Shown: positions 13,276-26,145 of the stretch, piece by piece
How the letters are laid out: the number at the start of each line of letters is the position of its first letter
Numbering within the stretch: position 1 is the first letter of the stretch
Source: Octopus sinensis
Taxonomy: Eukaryota
Reading direction: 5' to 3'
NCBI RefSeq assembly: GCF_006345805.1
Contig: NW_021828071.1
Span: forward strand, 1-35,498
Length of the DNA stretch: 35,498 nucleotides
Program-made: the position numbers and the translations under genes
The notes under the pieces: model-generated
Database searches by the model: none
What the model was told of the DNA's origin: nothing
Seen by the model: only the letters and a program-made list of their open reading frames with translations

Positions 13276-14410
13276 TCGCATGGACGGTGGACGAATTAAA
13301 CAGCTTAGACAGAAAAACAAGGAAGTTGCTAACTAGATATGGGTCACTCCACCCAAAAAGTGACACAGACAGACTGCATGTACCAAGAAAAAGAGGGGGA
13401 AGAGGACTTATTGAATGTGAACACAGCGTTAGAGCAAAAGAAAAAATAGCATGGTATGTAAAAATGCCACAGAACCGCTATTATTAGGCTTGTGTAGGAT
13501 GAAAGATTGCAAAGATAAAGCACTATACAAGAAATTGAAAACGAATGAAACTGGGTAAAGAAAAGAATGCATGGTCAATTTCATAGGGATGTTGAAGATA
13601 AGAGAGACAGAGGAAAAAGATGACAGAGAAAAAAGATGGCTGTGGATGACTAAAAGTGATTTAAAACCGGAAACGGAGACTCTAATATATGCTGCCCAAG
13701 AGCAAGCACTAAGAACAAAACTACATAAAATACAGAATAGACAACACATCAGAAAGTGATAAGTGCAGAGTCTGTAGACAAAACGGTGAAACTCTTTGGC
13801 ATATTACCAGCCAATGTACGCCACTAGCCCAGAAGAAATCTAAGAGACATCACGACAATATAGCCAGGCTTGTTCATTGGACACTCTGCAACAAGTATGG
13901 ACTTGACAGAGCAAAAAATTGGTACGACCACAAACCTGAAGGCATCGTCGAAAATAGAAATGCAAAGATCCTATGGGATTTTTTGATTCGGTGCTACCAT
14001 GAGATAGAGAATAGGAAGCCGGACGTAGTCTTAATTGAGAAAGAAAACAAACTATGTTGGATCATAGATATAACATTCCCAGCTGACAACAAGGTATGCG
14101 ATAAGGAAGAAAGGAAAGTTGAGAGATATGACAGGTTAGATTGGAAAGTTAAGCTATTGTGGTCGATGAAAAAGGTAGCAGTAGTACCAATAATTGTCGA
14201 AGTCTGGGAACACTGAGCAAAACTCTCGAGAAGTAATTGGAACAAATAGGGGTTGCAATAAGTGTGGAGTACTTGCAGAAAACAGCACTGCTTGGAAACG
14301 TTCAGATACTCCGGAAGGTGCTCGAAAAATAAGGGGTGTTACCTTAGTTCACTGGTAGTGAACAGCTGACACTGTAGTACATCTCCAGCGTTAGAAGCTG
14401 TGCAAATGCA
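13276..14410 (+). mobile_element. 5'-truncated R4/Dong-like non-LTR retrotransposon (post-RT region, CCHC knuckle, REL endonuclease, 3' UTR), frameshifted
   Basis: LDRKTRKLLTRYGSLHPKSDTDRLHVPRKRGGRGL; LKPETETLIYAAQEQALRT; CRVCRQNGETLWHITSQC (13764-13817); HHDNIARLVHW; ILWDF...RKPDVVLIEK...IIDITFP; stop near 14331; (TAA)n on both sides. Confidence 0.9.
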
Positions 14411-14458
14411 ATAATAATAATAACAACAACAACAACAACACAACAATAATAATAATAA

Positions 14459-14653
14459 TATTTTCTACCGAAGTAACAAGGACTGAAATTTGGTTGGGAG
14501 GAGACTAGTCGATTACATCAACCCCTGTGTTTCACTGGTACTTAATTCATCGGACCAGAAAGGATGAAGAACAAAGTCGACCTCGGCGGAATTTGAACTC
14601 AGAACGTAAAAACGGACAAATGCCACTAAGCATTTCGTCCAGCTCGTTGCCTT
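14459..14653 (-). mobile_element. Family A SINE between TAA tracts
   Basis: Core and B-box near-consensus on the minus strand. Confidence 0.9.
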
Positions 14654-14663
14654 AATAATAATA

Positions 14664-14749
<86 letters not shown>

Positions 14750-14780
14750 TAATAATAATAATATAATAATAATAATAATA

Positions 14781-14819
<39 letters not shown>

Positions 14820-14853
14820 TGATAATAATAATAATAATAATAATAATATAATA

Positions 14854-14895
<42 letters not shown>

Positions 14896-14903
14896 TGATA
14901 ATA

Positions 14904-14974
<71 letters not shown>

Positions 14975-14980
14975 GCAATA
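14654..14980. repeat. Long imperfect (TAA)n array
   Basis: Direct reading. Confidence 0.95.
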
Positions 14981-15151
14981 ACAAAATGAGGAATATACTT
15001 CGTAAACAGCCATATCTTTCACCAGTTTCCACTCAATCGCACGTATTGCATTCTGCTTAAAATCTTAACATCTTAAAAACAAAAACAAAATGAAATAGAA
15101 TAATTCAATTACGGGTGTTTATTATGACATAATACGAAGGTAATATAAAAG

Positions 15152-15260
15152 GCACTGCCATGGCAGTGTGACTAAGAAGTATACTTCGTAACTACGTGAC
15201 ACCATGGGCAAGTGTCTTCTGTTATAGCCTCGAGCCGACCAATACATTTGTCAGTAAATT
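15152..15260 (+). mobile_element. Family B head fragment
   Basis: gtgacaccatgggcaagtgtcttctgttatagcctcgagccgacc. Confidence 0.75.
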
Positions 15261-15339
15261 AAAGGCGATAATTACGTGAAAGCTCATCGTATTTTGTGTG
15301 TACATGCATTATTACATCATATAAATACATACACTCGCA

Positions 15340-15644
15340 CATACATCCATATATATATATAATAGGTGTATGTATGTATGTATGTATGTATGTATGTATG
15401 TATGCGTGTGTATGGGACTGTTTATCTAACCGTTTGAGAAATGGTGTAGGTTTGTTGGTGTGCCTGTACCATAGTAATTTGGCGAATAGCAGATTCATAG
15501 AATAGGAATCAGTATCAGCACATATTTAAAGTTTAAACCCATTCGTGACACTGCTCTAGCATAGCCACACACCACTGAGTGAAAGAGTACAAAGAATAAG
15601 AGAATTAAAGTCTTAAATCTATTTCAGATATGTATGTGTGCATA

Positions 15645-15687
<43 letters not shown>

Positions 15688-15808
15688 ATACCATATAATA
15701 TAATATAAAATATATATGAATAAAGGATTTAAAAATAGATTATATATACATATGTATATACATATATATGCATATACATATTACATTATATACATATTTA
15801 TGTATATA

Positions 15809-15853
<45 letters not shown>

Positions 15854-15860
15854 TATATAT

Positions 15861-15952
<92 letters not shown>

Positions 15953-15965
15953 GCGTGTGTGTGTG
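15340..15965. repeat. (TATG)n, (TG)n and (TA)n microsatellite cluster
   Basis: Direct reading. Confidence 0.9.
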
Positions 15966-16239
15966 TGTTAAAAACACTAAATATGTCAATCTTTTTTGGA
16001 GCTGCATCTCGAAGTACATATATATAATTATAAGAAATAGTATGTTAACATTGGGCTGAAGAGCCCTTCTGGATAGAAAAGTCGGAGACTCATCCAAAAG
16101 GGTTTTGCAACGCAATCTTTACATGCTAACATTTATACCTTTATATGTAATTCGAGATCCAATTCTAAAAAGGAATTATTCCATACACTCTCGAAAATTT
16201 ATAAGTTTCTATGACTTCAACAACAATAATAATATATGT

Positions 16240-16526
16240 ATCACCGTGACCGACCAGGCTCTCAGATGTTGCTACACATCGCTGGTCACAATGCGCTTCG
16301 CATTGTTTTAGCCTTCAAATGACGCCACCCTCCTGGCTAAGCGAGCAGGCCAACAGAAGAAAGAGAGAAAGAGTACAGCAGGGATCTCTATCACACCCTG
16401 CCGAAGCCTCGTGGAGCTTTAGGTGTTTTCGCTCAATAAACACTCACAACGCCCAGTCTGGGATTCGAAACCGCGATCCTACGACCGCTAGTCCGCTGCC
16501 CTGACCACGGAGCCATTGCCCCTTCA
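16240..16526 (-). mobile_element. Family D tRNA-derived SINE
   Basis: Reverse complement matches 30748-30935 (gtttcgaatcccagac...gtgagtgtttattgag...aacacctaaagctccacga). Confidence 0.85.
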
Positions 16527-16562
16527 CACTGTATAATTGTTTAACAAAAGTAATATTGATTA

Positions 16563-16639
16563 TGACTTCGAAGTTTGAGCCTCTTCAGCCATCATCGGAC
16601 AGTCTGATGAGAGCTTAGCAGGTTGAAAACCCGAAGTCA
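16563..16639. repeat. 77-bp imperfect palindrome with hammerhead-like core
   Basis: Two 38-nt arms match at 27 of 38 positions around a 1-nt centre; right arm contains ctgatga...gaaa. Confidence 0.6.
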
Positions 16640-16755
16640 CCATCAATGCTTTTTTTCTTTTTATATATATATTCTACAAAATAAATTATTGAGTAATTCT
16701 TCAGTTGAACGTGAAATTATTATTATAACCCAACATAAAAACAAACATTAATGCA

Positions 16756-16778
16756 TGTGTGAGTGTGTGTGTGTGTGT

Positions 16779-16866
<88 letters not shown>
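16756..16866. repeat. (TG)n microsatellite
   Basis: Direct reading. Confidence 0.95.
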
Positions 16867-16869
<3 letters not shown>

Positions 16870-17387
16870 ACATTCACCATGAATTTATATAGTGATATAC
16901 AAAAATAACCCACTTCGACGTCATATTTCAAAGATTTAAGTAGAATGAACCACACAAATAACGTGAAATATTTCTCTAGAAGGCTTTTTATTATGTATTC
17001 ATTATTTTTTTCATGATCGTATTTTTTTGTTTGATTTTGTTATTTATTAGTTTCTTTTTCTTTTTATTTTTTTACCCATTTTGTTTTCATGCTTCGTTGC
17101 AACTAATTTTCACGCGGTTACTCACAATTTTTTCGTTATTATTATCTTTTGTGCGCTTTTTAATAATATCGCTTGTTTCGTTTGATCAGACAATGAAACG
17201 AGCAATATTCTCGTTGTCTTTTTTATTTCGTTTTTGTTTTTCGTTTTTTTTTTTTGCTTTTCTGTTATTGTTTTTCTTGATTGTTATTGTTTTGCTTAAT
17301 ATTTGCTTGCTTGTTTTTAGTTACTATTGTTGGTGTTTTGCTTTTTTTTACTTTTTTTGTATCTTACAGTGCCTTGGTAGTGCAAAC

Positions 17388-17439
17388 TATATATATATAT
17401 ATGCATATATATGCATATATATATGTACATATATATATG

Positions 17440-17502
<63 letters not shown>

Positions 17503-17609
17503 GGGAGATTGGCTGCTTTGCTAACAGGTCAAGCCATATATATAAAATATTCGATTGGGTCGTGTTGAGTGGGGTTTTAATGTGTGTGTATAAATATATA
17601 TATACGTAG

Positions 17610-17679
<70 letters not shown>

Positions 17680-17830
17680 TACATATATATATGTATTTAT
17701 ATATATGTATATATATATGTATGTGTGTGTATGAATATGTGTACATACATCTATATATACATATACTATATGTATTTATGCATATATACATGCACACACA
17801 CGCACGTACATACATATATGCATACAAACA
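17388..17830. repeat. (TA)n microsatellite blocks
   Basis: Runs at about 17388-17499 and 17580-17830. Confidence 0.9.
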
Positions 17831-19156
17831 AACATCAAACCCACCTAACATAAGATCATCAACCGAACCCTTTAACCTGTTAAAGATAGCAACCAAATCT
17901 CCCTTAAATTACAGATTACCGTCTTAAAATATACACAAACTGGATAATATACGCCCATGTATAACGTGTGAAAAAATATTGGACAACGTAGTGCTAGGTA
18001 TACTATGACACGACTAAGGATGAAGTATACCCGAAATAATGTATAATACCTGAGTAATGTGATATAGTTTATCTAAAGGTCACATCATATAATGTAATCC
18101 TAGACACACTTATGTCTCAACGATACATTATGCTGTGTAGTCCTAGATACACTCTATCTGAAGAATAGCTTTGATAAAGTTCTAGAAACGTTGTCTAAAT
18201 AAAAATCGGTGTGGTGTACTCACGGCTGGAACGCCTTTAATCACAGGTCTGTTTAAGATCATGACTGACCTGGGGCTAAACAACAAGTACCACAAGAATA
18301 TAAACCCCACACTAAACACACATAAATGCATGCGTATATTACAACTCAAAATGTTTCATTCATATATGTACATTTATATATATGTATATATATGCACACA
18401 TATACATATATACATATATTCATATATATAATCTATATATTATATACATTTTTATGTTAATGTTATATTGTATACAATATATGTTTATAAATACAAAGTG
18501 GCCAGTAAGCATAATTGTATTCCTGTTTCTCTCTTCTTAATGTCGTGTTAATATTTGTGCATGAACAGTTAGTCAACTGAACTATTCTCCTTCTGTTATA
18601 TATATAATATATATTATATATATATAATATATAATTGAGTAGTTGAATGAATTATCTTATTCGGTTAACCGATACCTGGGTAGCAAATTCACGTCAGAAA
18701 AACACGGTTGAAGCTATATGCCTAGGGCAGAGATCACGTGCTATCGTGTGGAAATTTGTGTGTTTTTTTTTAAATACAAATAAATGAAAGAATGGAGTTG
18801 AACAACGAATTAACAAAATTCCTTTACTTTATTTTCGACATATGTTTCGAAGGCTGCATATTCCTAATTTCGAAGGAATAAGGGGTGCATTTTAGTAGAT
18901 GTTGTATTAGTTTAACGCTTAGAAAGGAAGTTTTGACGTTTCAGTCGTTAGAACTTCATCAAACAAATCGAACACAAGTTTTGTTAAAGTTTGTCACCCC
19001 CGTATTGTTTTCTTCCATATGTGTTCATTGCCTTCCTAATATATATGTGTGTTTGTGTAAGTATGCATATATGTGTGGTGTATGTAACTATGTACATATT
19101 ATATATATATATATACATATATACCTGTATATACGTGTGTGTATATGTGTATATAC

Positions 19157-19216
<60 letters not shown>

Positions 19217-19777
19217 GTATCTATCTATCTGTCTATGAATCACATTACACATTCAACATCCCGTCTTGTTACCCATCAAGGTTCATATGTCAAGCGACCG
19301 ACATGCGATTTGTTTATACATAGAGTTCGATCAGCCCTACCCTAAAACTGCTGCTTATATCCGCAATGTGATCATCTAGCTGCCGATGTGAAAATCAATT
19401 TTTGATTGATATACAAAGGCAGAGCCGCTATTAATGATCTTCACCAAAAAGCTACACTTTATTTGTTACAGAAAGTTTTATGCTTTTCTTACCAAACCAC
19501 AGCGAAAAAACGCTTCCTTTGTTTCGATTAAGAACTGAAGAATTTTTAACTTTTATTATTGAGTAATTATTTGGAACATTAGCTGATATGAAATTTCGAT
19601 GACAGGTTTTAGTTTAGATCACTTTAGAATTGGGATCATGCATCCAACAGCGCTTCAAAATTAGCGTCTTATATCAAGTGGGTTAATATCGAAGGGCCCA
19701 TAGGAAAGAAGCTAACATGTCAAGTACAGGCATATGAATGCAATAAGAATGAGTGAAAGATATGCAGTGATATACAT

Positions 19778-19961
19778 AGGCGTAGGAGTGGCTGTGTGGT
19801 AAGTAGCTTGCTTACCAATCAAATGGTTCCGGGTTCAGTCACACTGTGTGGCACCTTGGGAAAGTGTCTTCTACTATAGCCTCGGGCCGGCCAAAGCCTT
19901 GAGTGGATTTGGTAGACGGAAATTGGAAAAAGCCCGTCGTATATATGCATATATATGAGAG

Positions 19962-20009
<48 letters not shown>

Positions 20010-20200
20010 TGTGTTTTTCTCCCCAACATCGCTTGACAACCGATGCTGGTGTGTTTACGTCCCCGTAACTTACTAGTTCGGCAAAAGTGACCGATAGAAT
20101 GAGTACTAGGCTTACAAAGAATAAGTCCTATGGTCGATTTGCTCGACTAAAGGCTGTGCTCCAGCATGGCCACAGTCAAATGACTGAAACAAGTAAAAGA
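19778..20200 (+). mobile_element. Full-length family B SINE
   Basis: aggcgtaggagtggctgtgtggtaag...gggttcagtc...accttggg...internal (TG)n...tgactgaaacaagtaaaag. Confidence 0.9.
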
Positions 20201-21144
20201 AAGTATATGGAAGATCCTAGAAGATCTAACTCTCACCTCAGAGACTAAAAGCTATACCAAACATTGAACTGAACATGGCCCCAGCCTCTGGTTGAAATCA
20301 GTAAAATATAAAATATAAAATATAAAAGATATGCATTGAATGCTTTGTTTTGGGATTTTGTTAACATGCCCGTTATAAATTTTGTAGTTATATTTCAAGG
20401 TGGTTGTGTCTGTGCATATTTGTGTTTGAAAAGTTTTTTATATCTAATATTAAAATTTGTTAGATATAATGTTATACGTGGTTATTATGGGAAGAGACTA
20501 ATGAGATATACTTTTGTTAATATTGTTTGAAAGTATTTTACAAATTTTACAGTGAATGGAAGGTTTCGCTAACACTATACTTCAAGATCCCGTTGTTAAA
20601 ATTCGTGTAAAACGTTGGATCAAGTAACAATAGGCATGCAGAAATTAATTCGGTTTATCGGCACGATGAAAATTTATTTAACCATGCATAGACTATAGAA
20701 TTAGCTGAATTGTTTGTAAACGTTAGCTGGTTCTATTAGGCAACATTAAAAATTGTAGTTTATGCTGTTATTTTTGAAAGACCAAAGATAGATCGTTTGG
20801 TTAGAGTCGATTCGTCTCCGTAAATGTCAGAAAGAGTAATCATGTTGGTGGCATCTGAGTTTAAATGTATTTGCGATTAATCTGATATAAGCTAAAACGT
20901 TCTGATTAATGTGAGATGTTACTGTTGCTATGTAGATAGCTTTTAAAACATTTGATTGATGTTAAATTTGACTGCGGTTTTCTTTTTTATTTTCCTCAGA
21001 AAATATATGATTAACAATCCCTTACGAAATAAATATTATCTACAATCACTAAATAAACCTGACTTTTAATAACATTAAGATTATTGTAAGTTAAAGAGGT
21101 TTTTAGGGATCTCTCACGCTTTCTGAGATTGATGTAAAATATTT

Positions 21145-21246
21145 GTATGTATATGTGTATATACATACATGCATACACACACACACATATATACACCTAC
21201 ACATACATATATGTACATATATGCTTATATACATTATGTACATATA

Positions 21247-21286
<40 letters not shown>

Positions 21287-21588
21287 GATGAGAAAATAGC
21301 ACGACTCGATACTGAACACGAATATCACGGAGACTATTCTCAATAGAAAATCACAATAGCAAAGAAAAATACTTCACGTACTTAAAGGGCGCACACATAT
21401 TCACATACACACACTTTCAAGCACTTACATACACATACACATACACATACACACATACACATACACACATACACACACACATCTGTGATTGAAACAACAA
21501 CAGCAATAACGACAACAACAAGAATGATAATGGTAATGGTAACAACAACAATAACAATAATAATAACAATAATGATAATGATAATAAA

Positions 21589-21664
<76 letters not shown>

Positions 21665-21681
21665 TAAATAGATAAATAAAT
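21145..21681. repeat. (TA)/(CA)/(CATA) then (CAA)/(TAA) compound microsatellites
   Basis: Direct reading. Confidence 0.85.
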
Positions 21682-21822
21682 AAACCGGATATTATTATAA
21701 AGGATCAGACAAAAAAAACGTGTTTATTAATTGACATCAGTATTCCTTGTGATCACAATATTAGCGGTGAAAGAATTTGACAAGATCAGTAACTATAAAA
21801 ACTTGCTAATATAAATTTTAAA

Positions 21823-21823
<1 letters not shown>
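21682..21823 (+). mobile_element. Internal REL-endonuclease fragment of an R4/Dong-like LINE inside a TAA tract
   Basis: KPDIIIKDQTKKTCLLIDISIPCDHNIS/KEFDKISNYKNLLI, paralogous to 22135-22270. Confidence 0.85.
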
Positions 21824-21877
<54 letters not shown>

Positions 21878-21982
21878 TAGCGATCGCTCCCGTCAATTTC
21901 TACGTATGAGTGTTTGAAGGAGAGGATTTAACGAAAAGAGAAGGAAAAAGTGAGAAAAAGAGTAAACTACTTTAAAAAACAA

Positions 21983-22054
<72 letters not shown>

Positions 22055-22056
<2 letters not shown>

Positions 22057-22626
22057 GGCTGTAACTGAAGGAGAAAATGTAACCATTCTGTGGGACTTTC
22101 CAGTACATACAGACCGAACCATCAAGGCCAATAAACCAGATATTGTTGTGAAAGACCAAAGCAATAAAGTTTGCTTATTGATCGATATGAGCATCCCCTG
22201 TGATCATAATATCTCAGCGAAAGAGTTTGACAAGCTCAGAAAATATAAAGACCTACTCATTAAAATTGAGAAAATGTGGCATCTCAAGGCGGTTACAATA
22301 CCAGTGATCGTAGGAGCACTAGGAATGATCAAGAAGGGAACCGAAAATTATATGAGAATGATCCATGGCTTACCATCCCGCCAAGAAGTGCAAAAGATTG
22401 TCTTAACTGGTACATCACACGTATTGAGAAGAGCATTGTCGATGTGAGAACTGTTGCTGCTCATGTATTTTAATTTAACTTAAAAAAAAAATTTTTTTTT
22501 TTTAAATGAACGAACTATTGAGTTTGGTTTAATGGCCTACCAATGTATACTATGAGTTTCTTTGCCCTAGGAGTCGGGAAGACACTCGGCAAGAAATGGA
22601 AGCAAATTTGAAAGAAGAAAAAAAAA

Positions 22627-22627
<1 letters not shown>
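22055..22627 (+). mobile_element. 5'-truncated R4/Dong-like LINE: open REL endonuclease C-terminus plus 3' UTR, TAA on both sides
   Basis: KAVTEGENVTILWDFPVHTDRTIKANKPDIVVKD...LLIDMSIP...KEFDKLRKYKDL...PVIVGALG...LRRALSM*, uninterrupted to 22447. Confidence 0.92.
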
Positions 22628-22682
<55 letters not shown>

Positions 22683-22849
22683 TGTCTTTATATTTGTTCT
22701 CAAAAAAATGGTACAAATGTAAAGATCGAACACCTACAAAAATCATCATTTCTTGGAACTACAAGAGTTCTAAGTGTCACCTTAGTCTGATGGTTGTGGA
22801 TAACTGACACACTTTCCATCATACCCAGCAAAATAAGGTGTGAGATTTC

Positions 22850-22911
<62 letters not shown>

Positions 22912-22914
22912 TAA

Positions 22915-23058
22915 CAATCCTTTCTACTATAAGTACAAGGCCAGAAATTTGGTGGGAGGGGTCTTGTCGATTACATCGACCTCAGTGTTTCACTGGTACT
23001 TAATTTATCAACATCAAAGGATGAAAGGTAAAGTCGACCTCGGCGGAATTTGAACTCA
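22915..23058 (-). mobile_element. Family A SINE lacking the A-box end
   Basis: Tail, core and B-box on the minus strand after (TAA)n. Confidence 0.85.
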
Positions 23059-23074
23059 TACCATTTCTTAGTGA

Positions 23075-23386
23075 GGGAATACAGTCGGTTGGATAAACGA
23101 CCCCAGTATACTTAACTGGTTTTTATTTTATGGAAACGGAAAGAAAAATGGCGAAATTGGCGCCAGCATGATTTTATATTAGGATGTAATGGCTGAAAGT
23201 AAATAGCTTCAGACAGTTCGTGTAACGCTCTATCTTTTCTGCCAAAAACTGGAAAAGTAATTTAAAACACTGCAGCGTAAAATATACGGCGCTAGAGCGT
23301 CGGAAAAATGCCATGCAGTATCTATTCCAATTCTTTGCGTTCTAAATTCAAATCATACCTATATCAGCTTTGCCTTACATCCCTTT
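23075..23386. mobile_element. Two strongly degenerate family A remnants (minus then plus)
   Basis: gaccccagtat...actggt at about 23100-23120; gcgttctaaattcaaatc...ctttgccttacatcc at about 23337-23383. Confidence 0.5.
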
Positions 23387-23490
23387 GTGTATAAGACGTC
23401 TTGTCACTGCTGTTTTGGCACCGCCAATCTGGCGTCACTGATTCCACACTGAATGATTTGACATCAGACGTTTTAATGTTCCACTCATTC
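23387..23490 (+). repeat. Left arm of a long inverted repeat (partner 27630-27752)
   Basis: 23412-23443 matches the reverse complement of 27696-27727 at 31 of 32 bases; similarity extends about 100 bp. Confidence 0.8.
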
Positions 23491-24190
23491 TCTCCCTCCT
23501 TTCTTCTCTCTCTCTCTCCCTCTCTTACTCTCCCCTTCACACACACCCACACTCATTTTGTAAGTATATTTATCTTTATGTGTGTAAGAAGAGGGTAAGT
23601 GTTTATGTCATTGTCTCTCTCCTTCCCTATCTCTCTCACTCTTATCTCTATATTTCTGCGTGCGTGCGCCAAATAGGATCAATATTCAAACAACCGTACC
23701 AAATAGCCAGTGTCCAAACAGCTACGCACAACTGTCTCATGCATATCCCGTTATATCCTATCAGATTCGATAAAAAGAAAGCACCGGTCCAAGGCAGTGG
23801 ATTGGTTGGACAATAAAGCATTGGGTGAGATGTCTTGTGGTATCTGTTTCGGCTCAGTGACTTGAGTGGTTAAATCCTACTTCGAGTATCCAGAAAAAGT
23901 TAATTTAGTCTTAAGGAGTTCTTAATCATGCCAGCATATGATAGATGTGACCCAATTCACCTGTCTGGGAATAATTTGAAAGAAGCACTGGCAATGTGGA
24001 AATGGACATAAACTGAATAATTGGTAAAGCAGCCACGGTGCTCCAGCTAGTGCGTTCCATCTGGGTGGTCTCGAACATTAGCACTGATATGAAATTTCGT
24101 CTATATACCTCCATTGCTCTTCTTACTGTAATTTATGCCAGCGAGATTTGGAAAAAAGAGCATAGCAAAGACGGATAGAAAACAAAGTGT

Positions 24191-24545
24191 TTCTTATTCC
24201 TTATTTCTTTACTGCCCACGAAGGGTTAAACACAGAGGGGACAAACAAGGACAGACAAAGGGATTAAGTCGACCCCAATGTGTAACTAGTACTTAATTTA
24301 TCGACCCCGAAAGGATGAAAGGCAAAGTCGACCTTGGCGGAATTTGAACTCAGAACGTAACGGCAGACGAAATACCTATTTCTTTACTACCCACAAGGGG
24401 CTAAACACAGAGGGGACGAACAAGGACAGACAAACGGATTAAGTCGATTATATCGACCCCAGTGCGTAACTAGTACTTACTTAATCCACCCCGAAAGGAT
24501 GAAAAGCAAAGTCGACCTTGGCGCCTTAATGCCAGCTCGTCGCCT
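24191..24545 (-). mobile_element. Dimeric family A (alternative-tail) SINE with TSD
   Basis: Two tandem units; tagaaaacaaa(g/a)tgt at 24176-24190 and 24546-24560. Confidence 0.9.
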
Positions 24546-24790
24546 TAGAAAACAAAATGTATTCAATTAAAGGTGCCTCAGAATGGTATCGATGGTCAAT
24601 AGGCAGGTCAGCGTCACAAATACGGAGAATCTGAGAGGAGTAAGATCACGACCACTGCAAGAGATTGTAATAGAGAAATGATTTCGCCAAACTTGCTGCA
24701 TTCCGTTTAGTTCAGTGGTTCTCAACCGTCATCCATACAATCCTTGAGAGTCTGTATAAGATTTCGTCGTTAAAATTCATCTGCAATTAA

Positions 24791-25023
24791 TTACTCTTTT
24801 ACTCTTTTACTTGTTTCAGTCATGTGACTGTGGCCATGCTGGAGCACCGCCTTTAGTCGAGCAAATCGACCCCAGGACTTATTCTGTGCAAGCCTAGTAC
24901 TTATTCTATCGGTCTCTTTTTGCCGAACCGCTAAGTTACGGGGATGTAAACACACCAGCATCGGTTGTCAAGTGATGTTGGGGAGACAGACACAAACACA
25001 CAAAACATATACACACACATACA

Positions 25024-25062
<39 letters not shown>

Positions 25063-25115
25063 ACACACACACACACCACACACACCCACCACACTATATA
25101 TATATATATATATAA

Positions 25116-25146
<31 letters not shown>

Positions 25147-25317
25147 CATATATACGACGGCTTCTTTCAGTTTCCGTCTACTAAATCCACTCACAAGGCT
25201 TTGGCCGGCCCAAGGCTATAGTAGAAGACACTTACCCAAGGTGCAATGTAGTGGTACTGAACCCGGAACCATGTGGTTGGTAAGCAATCTACTTACCACA
25301 CAGCCACTCCTACGCCT
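24791..25317 (-). mobile_element. Full-length family B SINE with expanded internal (CA)/(TA) tract
   Basis: Collinear with the other B copies. Confidence 0.92.
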
Positions 25318-26014
25318 GGTAATACCTCTACAATGTACAAAATATTTTAGCAATTTTTCTATACAATTCGTGATATTGAAGCATAAAAATGTAATATGAT
25401 TTTTTAGGAGGGCACATCCGAGTGAAATGGGAATAAAAGGCGCTCTTAGGTAAAAGACGGTGAGGCACTGGTTTAGTTGATCAACAGCTCTCGAAAACAT
25501 CCATGATTTGGGTAACAACAGCAGACTGGTGTAAAAGGAGCAAGCCGGACATCACTTGGCAGGGGATGTTTCCAGATGACCTGATGACAGTCAACATTGT
25601 GGATTGGATATACAATGATAGCCACCGACAGAACCCGGCGGGGGAAGCTTGCCGCCCGATGCGCTAAGCTGCGCTGGCAGACGTAAAGCTAGAGCTATGT
25701 TCACCCCTGTACCCTCACTTCAAATGTAACATCAATTATATTATCAAATTGCAAGCGTCTCTTACGAATGCGTAACAACAAAAATATTCCCTACTTGAAA
25801 GCCTTTGCTTCTTTGCAATCAAACAATATGTATACCACCAACGGAGAACGCATCTTATCAACAAAACGTATCAGCTATAGAAATATAATACATCAAAGTA
25901 TGTTTATCTTCCATACTGATAGGAAAGAGAGGAGTCATGATGAAGTTGCCATGTAGATTTACGAATATTTTAAATGTCAAACTTAAACTCGGCTTCTGAA
26001 CACACTTAACAGTT

Positions 26015-26104
26015 CAATATATATATATACATATATATATATATTATGTGTGTGTGTGGTGGGGTGTGTATATATATATACATACATACATATATATATA
26101 TATA

Positions 26105-26145
<41 letters not shown>

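Noticed and set aside
16045-16085. ctgaaga-gccc-ttct-ggat-agaaa hammerhead-like string
   Set aside because: Stem II is mismatched and no stem I or III can be formed.
22480-22505. A10-T12 palindrome in a LINE 3' UTR
   Set aside because: Homopolymer palindromes arise easily in AT-rich DNA; no support for function.
25503-25667. 54-aa ORF (MIWVTTADWCKRSKPD...) in a GC-richer patch
   Set aside because: Short, no recognisable motif and no clear splice signals.
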